Origin: Tubulanus polymorphus
Taxonomy: Eukaryota; Animalia; Nemertea
NCBI RefSeq assembly: GCF_964204645.1
Contig: NC_134025.1
Span: forward strand, 12,586,001 to 12,650,000
Direction: 5' to 3'
DNA: 64,000 nt
Shown: positions 61,362 through 64,000 of the stretch, piece after piece
How positions within the stretch are numbered: the stretch's first letter is position 1
Layout of the letters: each line of letters begins with the position of its first letter
Translations under genes and position numbers: made by a program
The notes under the pieces: model-generated
Database searches by the model: none
What the model was told of the DNA's origin: nothing
What the model saw: the letters and a program-made list of their open reading frames with translations, nothing else

Positions 61362-61420
61362 ATCCGTGGCGCATTGGAATAGCGTTGTCTTCTCAGGCGC
61401 AAGGTCGCGGGTTTGAGGAT
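61362..61420 (+). repeat. Degenerate tRNA-derived SINE head
   Basis: A-box-like GTGGCGCATTGG and B-box-like GGTCGCGGGTTTGAG; no complete cloverleaf. Confidence 0.35.
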
Positions 61421-63181
61421 AGCCATATCCGCATTTTCTAATTTTTTTAAAAAGGAAAATCTCCGTTTTTATAAGTTGAAAGTCATTTGATGCAATCATA
61501 ATATTTCATTAATAACATAAATTAAAACCCAAAGCGCCTATAAGTCGTTAAAACCTACTACTAAATTTAGTCGCTTTAATATTTTCGCCAACTAGGCCCA
61601 TGCGCCGCCTATCGTAATAAACGGTTGTTGTTTGCGAGTACGAGTGCGTTACCGTTTTTGAGACGCCTTTCTGAGTCGATGAAAAAAGGGTGGCTCCGAG
61701 AACACCCAACTTTGCAGCGCCATGCTCTCTTCTAAAATAGATCTTTCACTTCGGTACTCATATCAGCACGCTAAGAATATAGTTACTTCCGTTTCCAATT
61801 GGTGGTCATCATCTTCTACGATATTTAACATCACGTCATAATTATTCTGTCTTCTTACACCTGATATCTTCTTTCATCCTTTATTATCCCAGCTAGAGTT
61901 TTTCAATCGTCAGAGTACCAACTACGCCAGCGATGCCGGATCTCCTCTCGCAATACTTCTTTGTATTCCTACTCTCATTAATAATCTTAATCTAATTACA
62001 TTTATACCATCGACCTTCCTTCTTTCATTACTACTTTTCAACTTTTTCAATAATCTTTATTTCCATCATTTAATATTTATAATAGGTAATATATACCTAG
62101 ACTGGTTACCGCTCTCTCCTCAGTCTAATATATACCTAGACTAATTGTTAGTCTCTATCAATACAATATAGCCTAACTTTATTGAACTCTTAATTACAAG
62201 TTAAGCCGCAATAAATGATCTACGTCGCTTAGGGTATTTGTTAGCATGTATACACTAAACTCATTTTCTTTGCGCTTATAAAAGACCAGTGATTGCTCTG
62301 CGCTAAGGGTATTTGTTGGCATATCTCCAAAAGACGCATTTTCATATAACTGTTGCCTTCCAATTCGACCGTTGATGATTTGAAATAATGTCAGAAAACC
62401 CATTATCGCTGCTCTGCAGCTATATTTTTATTTATTTATTTCCTTATCGATTTTAACACTTGAAATCATATTATATCAGTAACAAATGCTGGTGTCATAT
62501 TTTGATACCTGTCACGTTACGGGACCGACTTTTTCGTTGCCGCAGAAAAGTAGCGCTACTATGACCTATTTTCGCTACTTTTTTTTCTCCACGACTCCCA
62601 AGTAGATCCGAAAACATGTTATTTTGTTATTCGTCAGAACGCCATATAAATTCGCTATTTTCCGAAATATCGTTATTATTCTCGACAGATCTTCTTTAAT
62701 ATTTGTCAGAACGTCATAAAAATTCGCTATTTTACGAGAAATCGCTATTTTTGATTTATTGGTTTCACTCATCCTCTCTTTTCGTTAGAACGCCATATAA
62801 ATTCGCTATTTTCCGAAATATCGCTATTTTTGATTTATTGGTTTCACTCGATCTTCAATTCGCTATTTTTACGGAAAATCGCTATTATTCTCTTTAATAA
62901 TGTTTGTCAGAACCTCCAGTTTTTTCTTACACCCGTAACTTAATTTCCGAGAGGGGGGCTTTTACTCTAGACATGTGAGAAAGGCTCTTTCGCTAGCGAA
63001 TATAAATATACATCATTGGCTGGTGGATTTTTTGTTTTCGTGTCTAGGGCATCCCCCTTTTTTGTACAGCCTTTACACTAACTGACTAAATAGCCTCATC
63101 AGCAAAGAAAAAAGTGAAACTCAATTTCAATATACCGGTACAATATATAATTTATTCAGTATTCAGTATGAATCATCCCCT

Positions 63182-64000
63182 TTATTTAGAAGAATCTGGG
63201 CATGCCCACTTTCCCCTCAGTTTTCTTCGCACCCCAACACATCCGAAATGGAACCATTTAATCTGACAGTTTTCATCGTCGTCACACCCTATCATCTTCC
63301 CAAATTCTTCCTGAAAATGTAACAAAATCCTTAACCCAAATTTGGAATACGATACATTACAATCGAATGTTTAAAAATACTAATAATAAGTGTGAGATTT
63401 TCTACTGAATTTTCATGGATGGAAGCTACATGAACACCAAATTTCGACAGATGAACTGGCATTCACGTGCTTTATTTTCTTTCTATTACTGCTCTGCAGC
63501 CTTCTTTTCTTCACCCCTGCACTCGTTTCTCGAATCAGATCTGTATTTGAAAAAGAAAATAAATTGTTACCAGTACGATGTAATATTGTAACGATTCGTA
63601 ATGGTTAAAATTGTAAATTAATTTTCTCTTTAAATGAACAATCATTTTAATTAATCAATTAATCAAACTTGAAATCTAGAGAAGAGTTGTACAGCAATCA
63701 AATTACTAACCAGTTATTTGGCCTTCCTCATCAACCTTCCTCTTTTTTCTTTGGGATAGCCAGATTGTCAAGTCATCCATAGCTGCAGGCTCCGGTTGAG
63801 TTTCGATTTCTGAAATATCCAACGTCATTGTTATTTCTTGATGATAAAATGCTGAAAAGCTTATATCAAACTTAAGTTAAATCTCACCTGGTTCTGGTTG
63901 ATGGATGACATTGTCAACAATTGGAGGCTCCGGTTGAATTTCGATTTCTGAAATATCCAACAAACGTCATTGTTATTTCTCGATGATAAAATGCTGAAAA
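63182..64000 (-). pseudogene. Decayed spliced gene with a C-terminal ING-type PHD finger (possibly transposon-borne)
   Basis: Exon-like pieces: ~63712-63852 (..WLSQRKKRKVDEEG), ~63420-63540 (..VEIWCSC) and 63182-63310 (EEFGKMIGCDDDENCQIKWFHFGCVGV..RG/KWACPD, with a 1-nt frameshift). A duplicated exon-like segment lies at ~63888-64000. Confidence 0.6.

Overview
AT-rich animal (probably marine invertebrate) genomic DNA. 393-12842 holds a complete 14-exon CYP46A1-like cytochrome P450 gene on the minus strand (498 aa, all GT-AG introns), with repeats in its introns. Nearly everything from about 12.9 kb onward is nested mobile DNA. This includes three copies of a ~6 kb non-autonomous CATT...AATG DNA element (one inserted into another in the opposite orientation), a LINE fragment, MITEs, a Gypsy remnant and a decayed PHD-finger gene. 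The centrepiece is a full-length 17.2 kb Maverick/Polinton (adintovirus-like) endogenous virus at 35535-52735, with 413-bp TIRs and a 6-bp TSD (GTCAGT). It encodes pPolB, penton, major capsid protein, integrase-chromodomain and a packaging ATPase, many of them disrupted. Two features stand out. First, the polymerase carries an intein with a LAGLIDADG remnant in the catalytic YxD|TD motif, resembling the PolB inteins of giant viruses. Second, almost every viral ORF starts in a TAAATG motif, usually preceded by a T-tract, which is the architecture of poxvirus late promoters. Together these suggest, as inference, an animal Maverick that lives virophage-style alongside a cytoplasmic large DNA virus. 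All calls were made by eye, without database searches.
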